Of a DNA stretch of 64,000 bases, positions 21,963 through 33,385 are shown in pieces (position 1 is the stretch's first letter; every line of letters begins with the position of its first letter). Location of the stretch: assembly GCA_963666055.2 (NCBI GenBank), contig CAXWPH010000015.1, positions 2,016,001-2,080,000 of the forward strand, given 5' to 3'. The stretch is from Acidobacteriota bacterium (GTDB taxonomy: Bacteria > Acidobacteriota > UBA890 > WLXD01). The notes under the pieces are model-generated. The model was not told where the DNA came from. It made no database searches and worked only from the letters and a program-made list of their open reading frames with translations. Made by a program: the position numbers and the translations under genes.

Positions 21963-24900
21963 GCGCCATCGCCGCCGACAGGTCTGCCCGCGGGCGCATC
22001 CGCGATGACCTTACGCGTAGCTTCCTGGTCGAAGCGGCGGCCGGTACCGGCAAGACGACGATTTTGGTGGGGCGCCTGGTGAACGCCCTCGCCGCGGGGG
22101 CACCGATCGAGGCCGTGGTTGCGGTGACCTTCACGCGCAAGGCGGCCGGCGAGCTCAAGCTACGACTGCGCCAGGAGCTGGACCGAGCCCGAGCGAGCGA
22201 GACTGACCCCGACCGCCGCGATTGCCTCGCTGATGCGATCGCTCGTTTGGAGGAGGCCAGTATCGGCACCATCCATTCGTTTTGCGCCGAGATTCTGCGT
22301 CAGCGACCGGTGGAGGCGAAGATCGACCCGGCTTTCGGGGAGATCGACAACGAGCAGGCCGCGACGATTTACCGACGAGCTTTCCGCACGTGGATCGAGC
22401 GTCGGCTGGGTGAGATGCCCGAGGGCTTGAGGCGTGCGTTCAGTCGCTTGGCGGTGCGCCCCTCTTTCGATGGATCCACGCCCATGGAGCGGCTGCGCGA
22501 AGCCGGCCAGCAGTTGCTCGAATGGCGGGACTACCCGGCGAAGTGGGAGCGGCGACCCTACGATCGTGAGGCGATGATCGACATCGAGATCGAGCGCGTC
22601 GCCGAACTAGCGACCCTGTATCAAGACTGCCGGAAGACCGATGACCCGCTCCGTAAGGCGATTGCTCCGGCCGAGCAACTTGACACCTGGATCCGTCGCT
22701 CGGAAGACGTCGAGCCGAGCCGCGACTACGATGCGCTCGAGGCTCGCCTGCTGGACACGCTACGCGAGCTGCGGCGCAGCCGGCGGCAGAAAGGCAGAGG
22801 CACTTGGGCAGCCGATAGCATCTCGCGCGCCGAGGTTGCGAGGCAGCGCGACACACTGATCGCCAGCCTCGAAGAGTTCGAACGATACGCCGACGCTGAC
22901 CTCGCGGCTCTATTACGCGGCGAGCTGGACGAGGTCGTCGACGCGTATGGTCGCCTCAAGCGCGACGCCGGACAGCTCGACTTTCTCGACTTGTTGATCC
23001 GTACACGCGATCTGATTCGCGACAACGCCGAGGTGCGCCGCTACCTGCAGGGCCGGTTCCGACACATCTTCGTCGACGAGTTTCAGGACACAGATCCGTT
23101 GCCGGTCGAGATACTCCTCCTGCTCGCCGCCGCCGATCCGGAGGTCGCAGACTGGCGGTGTGCGGCCCCGGCACCCGGAAAGCTCTTCCTGGTAGGCGAC
23201 CCCAAGCAGTCCATCTACCGATTTCGCCGTGCCGACGTGGTGCTCTACGAACAAATCAAGGAAACGCTGCAGCGACAGGGCGTCGCATTCGAGAAGCTGA
23301 CCCGCAGCTGGCGATCGGTGCAGCCTCTGCAGGAGAGCGTCAACCGCGCCTTCAGCAGGCTGATGACCGGAGATCGCCAGTCGGGCCAGCCTGACTACGT
23401 ACCGCTGGCCAACCATCGCCCCGCCATCGTCAACCAGCCTGCCGTGGTGGCGTTGCCCGTTCCCGAGCCCTATGGTCGCTATCGCATCACCAAATGGGAG
23501 GTGGATCGCGGCCTTCCTGAAGTGATCGCGGCGTGGATCTCCTGGCTGCTCACCGACAGCGATTGGAAGGTCGACGACCCCGATCACCCGGGCGAGTTGG
23601 TCGCCATCCGGCCGCGTCATATCACCATCTTGTTCCGCCGCTTTCTTTCCTGGCGGAGCGACGTTACCCGGCCCTACCTGGCGGCGCTGGAGGCGCGCGG
23701 CATTCCTCACCTGCTGTCCGGCGGCCGCTCGTTCCACCAGCGCGAGGAAGTGGAAACATTGCGTGCGGCGCTGAGCGCAGTGGAGTGGCCTGACGACGAG
23801 CTGTCGGTCTTCGCCACTCTCAAGGGCGGCCTGTTCGCGATTTCCGATGCCGCGCTGCTGCGGTTTCGCCAGGAGATCGGCGGGTTGTATCCATTCCGGC
23901 GAGACGATCGCGAGCTCGACACCGAGCTCGCGCCGATCGGTGTTGCGCTATCGCTGCTAGCGGAGCTGCACCGCAGGCGCAATCGAGTACCGATTGCACA
24001 GACGATTCTCGAGTTGCTGGAGCCGACGCGCGCGCATGCCGGATTCGCCATGCGCCCGGCGGGCAACCAGGTGCTGGCAAATGTCCAGCGCGTCTGCGAC
24101 CTGGCGCGAGCATTCGAGCTCCGCGGTGGTATCTCGTTCCGTGGATTTGTTCGCCGGCTCAACGACGAGGCGGAGCGAGCTGGCTCGACCGAGTCGCCGG
24201 TGCTCGAGGAGGGCGCCGAGGGGGTACGCGTGATGACGGTGCACGGTGCCAAGGGTCTGGAGTTTCCAGTGGTCATCTTCGCGGACATCACCGCTAACCT
24301 GACACACGCGACGCCCTCGACCCACATCGACCCCGAGCGTCAGCTGAGTGCGACACGACTCTTGGGCTGTTCGCCCTGGGAGTTGACGGAGAACGCCGAC
24401 CGCGAGCGGGCTCGCGACGCTGCCGAGGCGGTTCGAGTCGCTTACGTAGCAGCCACCCGGGCTCGCGACCTTCTCGTGATCCCGACAATCGGCGACCATG
24501 CCTGGGAGGATGGCTGGACCTCGCCGCTCAACCCTGTCGTTTACCCACCGCGCGAACGCTACCGGCGTAGCGAGCTCGCGCCGGGGTGCCCGGCGTTCGG
24601 GGAGCGCACCGTCCTCAGCCGGCCGCACGCCGTGCCGGGAGAAGCCGAGATCTCGGTGCGCCCTGGCCTGCACCTGTCCGAGTGCGACACCCCGGTAGTT
24701 TGGTGGGATCCGGCACTGCTCGCGGTGAACGTGCCCAGGACCTTTGGTTTGCATCAGGAGCTCTTGCTTGCCAATGATGGGGCCGCCGGTGGTGCGGCAG
24801 CGGCAGCCGGTGCGGCCCAGCATGATGAGTGGCGACAGCGTCTCGACGACTCGATCGACCGCGGGTCACAGCCAGAGCGCACGGTGGTGCTCGTCTCGGA

Positions 24901-25386
24901 AGTCGACACTCCGCCGGATGTCGAGGCCGAGGTTGTAGTCGAGCATGTCGAGCGGGTGGCCGAGCGGCCCGGCGGCCGACGCTTCGGCACCCTGGTACAC
25001 ACGGTGCTACGGGATGTCCCATACGAGGCCGACGAGGCCACGGTCGCCGGCTTCGTTCGCGTCCACGGCCGCACCCTCGGGGCCGTGCTCCCAGAGATGG
25101 AAGCAGCCGCCGAAGCGGTTTGCCGGGCTCTCCGGCACCCGCTCTTGAGCACCGCCGCGGGGTCGCCTCGGTGCTACCGCGAGGTGCCGTTCACCGTGTG
25201 TCCGCAGGCGGGGCAGATCGTGGAGGGGGTGATCGATCTGATCTTCGACGACGGCGATGGCTGGACCATCGTCGATTTCAAGACGACGATCTTCTGGAAC
25301 GCTATCGTGCACAGGCGCTGTGGTACGTGCACGCCGCCCGATTGCTCTTGGACGGTGCCGCCCGAGCGGTGCTGCTGAGCGTGTAG
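21959..25386 (+). CDS. addA: AddA-like UvrD helicase/nuclease; frameshift near 25283
   Basis: EAAAGTGKT, VTFTRKAAGEL, VDEFQDTD, VGDPKQSIYRFRRAD, MTVHGAKGLEFP, YVAATRARD, EGVIDL, IVDFKT; continues DDLLERYRAQALWY in a shifted frame to TAG 25386. Confidence 0.9.
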
Positions 25387-25462
25387 CACAAGTCGGCACA
25401 GCACCGCGTCGGAGGCAGAGGTAACGCCGACAACGTGCGAAGATGCCGCGTCGGAGGCATCC

Positions 25463-26446
25463 ATGGGTCACCACCACGACAGCAGAAATCTCCTTGCCAA
25501 CCTGGCGCTCGCGGTGGGCAGCCTGCTCGCGGTGCTGCTCGCCGCCGAGTTGGCGCTGCGTTTCGTCCTGCTCCGCAACCTCAACCCATTTCAGCCCGAC
25601 TCGACCATTGGCTACCGGCTGAAGCCGTCATTCGACGGTGCGTATCCGCACGTCCGAGTGCGCACCGATGCCAACGGGCACCGGGTGCCGACGACCCAGG
25701 ACGTCGATTCGACCGGTCGCTATCTGTTCGTCGGTGACTCGGTGACGTTCGGTTTTAGCGTTCGCGCCGAGGAAGCGTTTCCCTATCTTCTCGGCACGCG
25801 TCTCGGCGATCCGGTCGCCGCGACCAACGCCGGCGTGCCGGGATACAACCTAGAGCAGGCGCTGACCTTGCTGGGGGAGAATCTGCAGCGCGTTCTCCCT
25901 GATTTCGTCGTCTACGGGTTGGTAGTCAACGACGTCGGAAGCGCTGCGGGCAGGATGCGCTACGAGGACATCGATCCGCACGCCGCCCGCTCGGGCCGAG
26001 GCGGTCTGTTTGCTCGCTCGATGCTGATAGCGTTCGTGGAGCGGCGCTGGCGTCGCCTGGTGAGCCGCTTCGATGCACCCGAGCCGGAGCAAACTGGCGC
26101 CAACATCGTGCGCGACTACGAGGAGACATTCGAGGTCGCAGCGCGCCGGGCATTCGATCGTCAGTGGGCGGCGCTCGAGGCCATCCAGCGGGCGTTCGAC
26201 GTTGACGTGTACGTGTTGATCTGTCCCTTCAGCTATCAGGTGCACGAGGACCAGGAGCTCAACGCTCTCCAGGAATTTGTTCAGTCGCGATGCGAGAGCA
26301 GCGAGCTGATGTGCCTCGACCCACTGGAGCTTTTCCGTCGCCACAACGACGAAGCACTCTTTACACCCGGCAGTAGCTATCATTTCAGCCGGCGCGGGCA
26401 TGCCGTGCTGGCCGACTGGCTGTACCCGCGTCTCGCCGGCAAGTAG
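25463..26446 (+). CDS. Membrane-anchored SGNH/GDSL hydrolase or acyltransferase
   Basis: N-terminal TM, VGDSVTFG, NAGVPGY, VVND, C-terminal YHFSRRGH. Confidence 0.82.
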   Translation: MGHHHDSRNLLANLALAVGSLLAVLLAAELALRFVLLRNLNPFQPDSTIGYRLKPSFDGAYPHVRVRTDANGHRVPTTQDVDSTGRYLFVGDSVTFGFSVRAEEAFPYLLGTRLGDPVAATNAGVPGYNLEQALTLLGENLQRVLPDFVVYGLVVNDVGSAAGRMRYEDIDPHAARSGRGGLFARSMLIAFVERRWRRLVSRFDAPEPEQTGANIVRDYEETFEVAARRAFDRQWAALEAIQRAFDVDVYVLICPFSYQVHEDQELNALQEFVQSRCESSELMCLDPLELFRRHNDEALFTPGSSYHFSRRGHAVLADWLYPRLAGK

Positions 26447-26458
26447 CCGAAGTGCCGG

Positions 26459-27331
<873 letters not shown>

Positions 27332-27507
27332 CGCTGCTTGCGTCCCGTGCTGGTCGGAGACGACGGTCCGCGGGTATGCTCCGCGCCGACCGTCTTCAAT
27401 CAGTGCGCCATTATACCGGCGCCAGCGTCGGTCCCGTTTTGTATGATGGGGCGCGCCACCTCCGGGACTGGGAGATTGGCAGCCGTGACCGATCGACGGA
27501 GACGTCC

Positions 27508-28434
27508 ATGGAAGAAGGGACCCTGACCGCCGCGTTGGAGACGCACCGATCCGAAGCAGACGAGCAACGTCTGAGCCTCACGGTGGTCGTTCCGGTCTAC
27601 AACGAGGGAGCGAGCGTTGGCGGCGTGCTCGACGAGCTGCTTCCGGTTGTCGAGGCGCGCGGCTGGTCGCTGATAGTGGTTGACGACGGCTCCGACGATG
27701 GCACGTCAGCGGCGCTGGCCGAGGCATGCTCCCCGTGCCTTCGCGTTATACGGCACGCCCGCAACCGCGGCTATGGCGCGGCGCTCAAGACCGGTATCCG
27801 CTCCGCTTCGACCGATCTGGTTGCCTGCATGGATGCCGATGGACAGCATGCGGTGAGCGAGCTGCTCAAGGTCGCGGCGAGCGCTTCTGACCAGGCAATG
27901 GTTATCGGGCAACGGAAGGGACTAACCGAAAGCCCACTTTGGCGCGTGCCCGGGAAGTGGCTGCTGACCTTCATGGCACGTCTCCTTCGGGGTCGCCAGA
28001 TTCCCGATCTCAACTCCGGCCTGCGCGTGTTCCGGACCGATGTCATCCGTCGGTACCTCCACCTGTGCCCGGACGGGTTCTCGTTCAGCACCACCAGCAC
28101 TTTCGTGCTCATGCACCGGGGCTATGCGGTGAGCTACGTTCCCATCGATGTGGCGCCACGCGGCGGCAAGAGCGCGGTAACCGTCGGCACAGGCTTCCAG
28201 GCACTCTTGCTGGTCGTTCGCCTGGCGATGCTGTTGTCGCCCTTGCGGATCTTCCTGCCGATCGCGGCTGCGTCGATCTTCGGCGGCCTGTTGTGGACGA
28301 TTCCCTACCTGATGGCGCGCCGCGGCGTGACTGTGGCGGCGGTGCTACTCATTCTGAACGGTGTGCTGGTGCTGCTGTTCGGGCTGCTCGCCGACCAGAT
28401 CGCGGCTCTACGTAAGGAGCGGTTCGAAAACTAG
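27508..28434 (+). CDS. Family 2 glycosyltransferase (DPM/DPG-synthase-like) with two C-terminal TM helices
   Basis: [43 protein letters not shown]. Confidence 0.92.
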   Translation: MEEGTLTAALETHRSEADEQRLSLTVVVPVYNEGASVGGVLDELLPVVEARGWSLIVVDDGSDDGTSAALAEACSPCLRVIRHARNRGYGAALKTGIRSASTDLVACMDADGQHAVSELLKVAASASDQAMVIGQRKGLTESPLWRVPGKWLLTFMARLLRGRQIPDLNSGLRVFRTDVIRRYLHLCPDGFSFSTTSTFVLMHRGYAVSYVPIDVAPRGGKSAVTVGTGFQALLLVVRLAMLLSPLRIFLPIAAASIFGGLLWTIPYLMARRGVTVAAVLLILNGVLVLLFGLLADQIAALRKERFEN

Positions 28435-29573
28435 TATCCGCGCGCCGCGTCCCAGATGCCCGCCTCGAGTAGGGATCGAGCCAGCCCACGCGCAGCGTAC
28501 GCTGCCCCGGCGATGTTGAAGTGGACGTCGTCGAAGAACAGATCGAGCGACTTGGGCGCCTCGGCGGCAAGATCGTAGAGGATCAGCCCGCGCTCGTCGG
28601 CCAACTGTCGGATCACGCCGTTGTATCGCTCGAGCGCCGCGTCCATGACCTCTTCGCCGTAGACGACGTCGTTGCGGTAGCGCATCCAATGCCAATTCTG
28701 CGCTTCGGGGTCGACGCGACTGTTCCACGTCGAGGCTTGGGTCATCAACGCCAGATCAAAGCCATGCGCCTCGGATAGAGCCGCGATCGTCGTCATGTTG
28801 GTCTCGAAGTGCCCGAGATCGGTCTTCGGTAGGTCGTCGGTTGTCGGCTTCGAGCGTTGCAGCGCCGCCTTTTCCCGGTAGTTTGTTTGCCAACCGATCT
28901 CCTCGAGCACGGCGCGGTCGCCGCGCCGTACGCTCCGCGCCAGCGCATGCAGCCGTCGGGGGATCTGAAACTCGGTCGCGAGCAGCGGAATCGACTGCCG
29001 GAGTGAGAATCGGCGTCCACCGGGGTGGAGGTAATCGTAGCCAAGCATGGCGCCCAGGAGATCGTTGACCCCGGCGAACACCATCACGACGTCCGGCTGC
29101 AAGTGCACGATGCGCTGGGTCAGTATGGCGATGTGGTCGGGGCTTCGATCGCCGGATTTGCCGGCGTTGTATACGCGCACGTCAAGACCGGACGGGGCGT
29201 GATCTGCCAAGGCGACCTGCAGGAGATGGCCGATCGATTCGTCATCACCGATACCGAGGCACTCGATGGTGCTACCACCGACCAGAAAGACGCGATACTC
29301 GCCGGCCGGCTTGAGTATCGACAGCGGCTCCCCCTTGAACCCCACGTTGTTGGTGGTGAAGCTGTTGGTGCCGGAGAGGCCGGGGAGGCCATCCTCGATC
29401 TGGATCTGCAACGTCGTGTTCGGCTGATGCGCTGAAGGGATGAAGTCGTTGTCGATCTTCGACCCGGCATAGGGATCGGGAAAGGGCAGGAACCAGCCCA
29501 GCAGCAACTCCGCCGCCACCATCGCCAGCAGTGCGGCGAGGCCCACGAGCAGAAGATTTGGGAGCTTGCTCAT
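28431..29573 (-). CDS. Membrane-anchored SGNH/GDSL hydrolase or acyltransferase
   Basis: N-terminal TM, TNNVGFKG, VGGSTIE, NAGKSG, AGVND, DDVHFN (DxxH). Confidence 0.85.
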   Translation of the reverse strand: MSKLPNLLLVGLAALLAMVAAELLLGWFLPFPDPYAGSKIDNDFIPSAHQPNTTLQIQIEDGLPGLSGTNSFTTNNVGFKGEPLSILKPAGEYRVFLVGGSTIECLGIGDDESIGHLLQVALADHAPSGLDVRVYNAGKSGDRSPDHIAILTQRIVHLQPDVVMVFAGVNDLLGAMLGYDYLHPGGRRFSLRQSIPLLATEFQIPRRLHALARSVRRGDRAVLEEIGWQTNYREKAALQRSKPTTDDLPKTDLGHFETNMTTIAALSEAHGFDLALMTQASTWNSRVDPEAQNWHWMRYRNDVVYGEEVMDAALERYNGVIRQLADERGLILYDLAAEAPKSLDLFFDDVHFNIAGAAYAARGLARSLLEAGIWDAARGY

Positions 29574-29603
29574 CAGATCCTCAGAGCCGGAGCACGACGG
29601 CGA

Positions 29604-30386
29604 TCAATCAGCGACCTCGTCGTAGAATTTCTTCTCGTACGGGAGGGTCCAGTGCCGGATCCGGCGCCGCAGCAATGCTGGCACCCAATAATAGAGGCGG
29701 ATGAGCAACCTGCGGGCAAAGATGTTCTTGCTGGTCTGGAACTGTAGCTCGCCGAAATCGAAACGGTTGCGACCGATCAGCGCTTCGCCCTGGCGTTTGC
29801 GTGGCCGCGGCTTTACCCGATGCCGATAGAACCCGAAGGTGACGAGTGCGATGGTGTCGAAGCGCGAGTCGATCCCAAACATGCGGCGGATCTCGCCGCG
29901 GTTCGGAACATGACCGATCCAGCAGCTTCCGATTCCTGTCGCGTGCGCCAGGAGCGAGAACGTGGTGATGAAAGCGGCGCCCGACTGCACGTGGTCGCTG
30001 TATTTCAGATTGTCGGTGCGGTTGTTGTAGAGAACCAGGAACGCCTGCTTGGTCTTGCGGAGGAAGGCCGCGGACCCACGCAGGTAGAGGTCGTCGAGGA
30101 TCTCGCGATCGTCGATGTAGATGATCTTCCAGCGCTGCTCGTTGCACGCCGACGGTGCGTGAGCCGCGAGATTCACGAGGCTCTCAAACAGCTCGAACGG
30201 TACCGGCTCCTCGGCATAGCTGCGCGCCGTTCGGCGGGTGATGATCGCATCGAGCACCGACATGTCGGGCGATGGAGCGGCGGCGATCTCGGCGGGAAAA
30301 AGATACTTGCCGTCGAAGCGCACCGAGGTCTGGGTCTCGACGTTGCGGGCGCGCAGGATCTGGACGGTTTCGTCCCGGTCGCTCAT
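29604..30386 (-). CDS. Nitroreductase-family flavoprotein
   Basis: RRTARSY, AAHAPSACNEQRW, LLAHATGIGSCWIG. Confidence 0.88.
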   Translation of the reverse strand: MSDRDETVQILRARNVETQTSVRFDGKYLFPAEIAAAPSPDMSVLDAIITRRTARSYAEEPVPFELFESLVNLAAHAPSACNEQRWKIIYIDDREILDDLYLRGSAAFLRKTKQAFLVLYNNRTDNLKYSDHVQSGAAFITTFSLLAHATGIGSCWIGHVPNRGEIRRMFGIDSRFDTIALVTFGFYRHRVKPRPRKRQGEALIGRNRFDFGELQFQTSKNIFARRLLIRLYYWVPALLRRRIRHWTLPYEKKFYDEVAD

Positions 30387-30390
30387 TGGG

Positions 30391-31116
30391 CTATCCGGCG
30401 GGGCGGGCGTGGAAGAACTGTCGGATGCCGAGATCCGAAAGCCCGAGGCGGTTGAGCGGCTGCTCGACATGTCGGTCGATCCACTGCAGGGCACGGTTCT
30501 TGAACGGCAGAAATAGCGTGCCACGATGGTCGAGCAACTCGAAGCCGCCTTGCCGCAGCAGCCGCTTGACGATTCGCGATGACAGGAACCGGTGTGGTCC
30601 CTCGCCGTGGTTGAAAGCGAATGTCTCGTAGACGCGAAGCACCGCCTCCGCGAATGCCGGTGGACAACTCAGAATCAGAGCTCCCTGCGGCTTCAGAACT
30701 CGATGGATCTCTCCGATAAACCGCACCGGATCCGGGCAGTGCTCGAGCGTCTCCAGCGACAGGACGAGGTCGACAGACCGGCTGCGTACCGGCAGGTCAG
30801 TGAGATCGGTCTGAGCGTAGCGGCCGTGCCGCCCACGTGCCCGTGCGATGTTAATGAGGGGCAACGAGACCTCGAGGTTGATCACCGTGCTCGCCAGCCG
30901 CTGGGCGCGCAGGAATTCCACTGCCTCGCCGGTGCGTGACCAGATGTTCAGGATCGTGGCCGGTGCCGCTGCCGGAAAGTAGGTGAAGCTCTCGCGGTAG
31001 CGTTGATCGTGGGCGTCGCGCACCTGATCGTTGGCGCGGTCGTAAATATCGGCCACGCCGTCCCAGAACTCGCGCACGTCGGCAGAGGAGAAGTCGTTCC
31101 TGGCGGCGATGTCCAT
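30391..31116 (-). CDS. Class I SAM-dependent methyltransferase-like protein
   Basis: VREFWD, DLTDLPV..SVDLVLSLETLEHCPDP...EIHRVLKPQG; motif I is atypical (ILNIWSRTG). Confidence 0.8.
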   Translation of the reverse strand: MDIAARNDFSSADVREFWDGVADIYDRANDQVRDAHDQRYRESFTYFPAAAPATILNIWSRTGEAVEFLRAQRLASTVINLEVSLPLINIARARGRHGRYAQTDLTDLPVRSRSVDLVLSLETLEHCPDPVRFIGEIHRVLKPQGALILSCPPAFAEAVLRVYETFAFNHGEGPHRFLSSRIVKRLLRQGGFELLDHRGTLFLPFKNRALQWIDRHVEQPLNRLGLSDLGIRQFFHARPAG

Positions 31117-31210
31117 GGCGGGAATCAGTGGCGCTGGTTCATTGGTGGCTCAGCAACGCCATATGTCTACGAACCCATCCCGCGAGGATACACCGAGGTG
31201 CCTGGCCGGC

Positions 31211-33070
31211 TCAGGGCCAGACGGCCCTGAGCACTTGGCTTCGTTCCTTGGTCAGCACCGGTACGTGACCTGGCCAAGCGAGCGCCGACACGAATATATA
31301 GACGACCTCACCGGACTTCGGCGTCCAGCTGGTGAGCGGCGCAAACTTCACATGCGACTTCATCTGCGTGGCGACCGTCGTGGCCGGTGGATTGGAACCC
31401 AAGCTCTTGCATATGCCGCCAGGCACTTGCCACTCGAAGATGGCCGCGTACCAGGTGCCGTTGACGTTGGCGATGACCCAGGTGTTGGCCTCTACTATGA
31501 CGCCGCTGCCGGTCTCTGCCGTCGTCGGCCACTGGCCGGCCTTGGTATGCGGCATGCAGATCTCACCGGCTGAGATCGACACGCCGGTGAGCGTGGAGGT
31601 GATCGGCCAGTCGCTGATGTTGTGGTTCAGGAAGACGACCTGCGACAGGTCGATCTCGTCCTGGGAGTTGCCACCGCCGCCGCCACCACCACCGCCGCCG
31701 CCGCCACCACCGTCGCCGCCGTCGCCGCTGTCGCCGCCACCTTCGTCCTCGGTCTTAACAACTACCTTCAGCTCGGCGGACGCGGTGCGGCCGGCATCGT
31801 CCTCGAAGTTGATCCGTGCCGCGTAGGTTCCCTCGTTCACGTAGGTGTGCGTCGCTTCGGCCGAGCCGCCGGTGACCGGCCCGGTGGCGGCCGCTCCGTC
31901 ACCGTAATCAAGCGTTGCGGTCCCGTTCGGTGTGGCACCGTTGCTCAGCCTGGCCGCAACGGTGAAGACCGTCGGTTCCCCAACGAGACCAACGTCGGCA
32001 GTCAGATCGAGGTCCACAGTCAAGCGAGGCTCGACTCGGATACGTACATCCGACCGACCGCTCTTGCCGTTCGGAGCGGTCACGGAAGCGACCACCCGGT
32101 AGTTGCCGGGATCCCGGAACGTGTGCTCAACAGAGCTCGGCCCCGTGACCTCGCCGACATTCGTGCTGCGTCCGTCGCCCCAATCGATGCGCACGTTGCC
32201 GCTTGCTTGTGGGAGTCGCGCACGATCTAGCGCGACTCTGAAGCTCAGAGGCTCGCGCGCGTAGGTCTCGAGGGCGGCTGCGGTCAACGAGATGACAATT
32301 TCGGCGGTGTCTTTGACGTGCAGCGACGTCGTCTTGCTGCTCACCTCGCCGCCGCCGGTGAAGAGCGATGTCACGACGTTGAAGAAAGACGCTTCTCGAT
32401 AGCTGTGCTCGACCGTCGCGCGACGCCTGAAGTCGGGAATACGCGTCGCCTTGCCGTCGCCGAACTCGACCTTCAGCGCTCCCTCCGCGGCGCTACCGTC
32501 TTCGTTGGTGGCGATCACTTTGATTCGCACCGGTTTGTTGAGCTCGGCTGGTCTGGGCGTGAACTCGATCTCGAACTTCACCTTGCCGGTAGGCACCACC
32601 TCGTCGCCTACCTCTAGGCGGCCAGGGGTCGACTCCGTCAACACGATTCCGGCCGCCTTGATGGCGGCAGTTACCTCGGTGGTTGCGGTGGTGCGCAGCG
32701 TCACACGCGCTTTGCCGTCGGCGTCGGTGTTGGCTGTGTCCCCGCTTGGGAAGTCCCCCGTGGTAGCCGAAAAGGTGACCAGGATTTCGGATTCGGGCGC
32801 ATCGGCTACCAGCACCGTAGCCTCGACCACGACGTCACCACCGCCTTCGGGCAGCGAGCTGGGGGTCATCGACAGCGTGATGGAGCGCTGCAGGGCGCCG
32901 GTCGCCGGCTCGGTGAGGCTCTCTAGGATCTGGCATGCGGACAGGGCCATCGCCAGTGTGCCGAACAGGAGCAGCCGAAACGGGACCCCGCAGAAAAGGG
33001 CCTGTCGTCGCGTTTGGTTTAGAGAGCCCACAACTACGATCCCCCAGCCTCCCCGTGATATGAAAAGCAC
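31211..33070 (-). CDS. Surface lipoprotein: Ig-like domain, 3 PKD-like domains, poly-Gly linker and an uncharacterised C-terminal domain (start uncertain)
   Basis: LSAC lipobox; TDADGKARVTL; three FGDG/WGDG/YGDG...H(S/T)(Y/F) repeats; Gly run. Confidence 0.8.
   Translation of the reverse strand: MLFISRGGWGIVVVGSLNQTRRQALFCGVPFRLLLFGTLAMALSACQILESLTEPATGALQRSITLSMTPSSLPEGGGDVVVEATVLVADAPESEILVTFSATTGDFPSGDTANTDADGKARVTLRTTATTEVTAAIKAAGIVLTESTPGRLEVGDEVVPTGKVKFEIEFTPRPAELNKPVRIKVIATNEDGSAAEGALKVEFGDGKATRIPDFRRRATVEHSYREASFFNVVTSLFTGGGEVSSKTTSLHVKDTAEIVISLTAAALETYAREPLSFRVALDRARLPQASGNVRIDWGDGRSTNVGEVTGPSSVEHTFRDPGNYRVVASVTAPNGKSGRSDVRIRVEPRLTVDLDLTADVGLVGEPTVFTVAARLSNGATPNGTATLDYGDGAAATGPVTGGSAEATHTYVNEGTYAARINFEDDAGRTASAELKVVVKTEDEGGGDSGDGGDGGGGGGGGGGGGGGNSQDEIDLSQVVFLNHNISDWPITSTLTGVSISAGEICMPHTKAGQWPTTAETGSGVIVEANTWVIANVNGTWYAAIFEWQVPGGICKSLGSNPPATTVATQMKSHVKFAPLTSWTPKSGEVVYIFVSALAWPGHVPVLTKERSQVLRAVWP
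31670..31740. repeat. (CCG/CCA)n trinucleotide tract encoding a poly-Gly linker
   Basis: ccaccgccgccgccaccaccaccgccgccg...; the minus strand encodes GGGDSGDGGDGGGGGGGGGGGGGG. Confidence 0.85.
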
Positions 33071-33133
33071 TTTGAAACATAACCAGCCCCTTACTTAGCA
33101 TAACAAATCAGTATTAGTTAGTATCAAGTATCT

Positions 33134-33155
33134 GTTGATATCCGACGATATCAAC
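33134..33155. promoter_or_regulatory. Perfect inverted repeat (candidate operator) in an AT-rich divergent promoter region
   Basis: GTTGATATC-CGAC-GATATCAAC; 33060-33135 is strongly AT-rich relative to the window. Confidence 0.55.
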
Positions 33156-33385
33156 GAGAGTCAGGGGTGCCCGGCAGCGTCCAAATGGGACCTGAGCAGC
33201 ACGACTCTGGCGCCTCGCCCGGGCGTCGCCGTCGGGAAGTGCGGGCCGTCGGTGCCCTGGTTGCCGGTGAGGCACTGCCACCCGCGCAGCCGACGCGAGC
33301 GCCCGACTGGTAGGATTCTTGCGCTCACCTACTCGCGTTTGGCCGGGCGCGAGGCGTTACCGACCACGATCCCGCTGGCTCGCCG

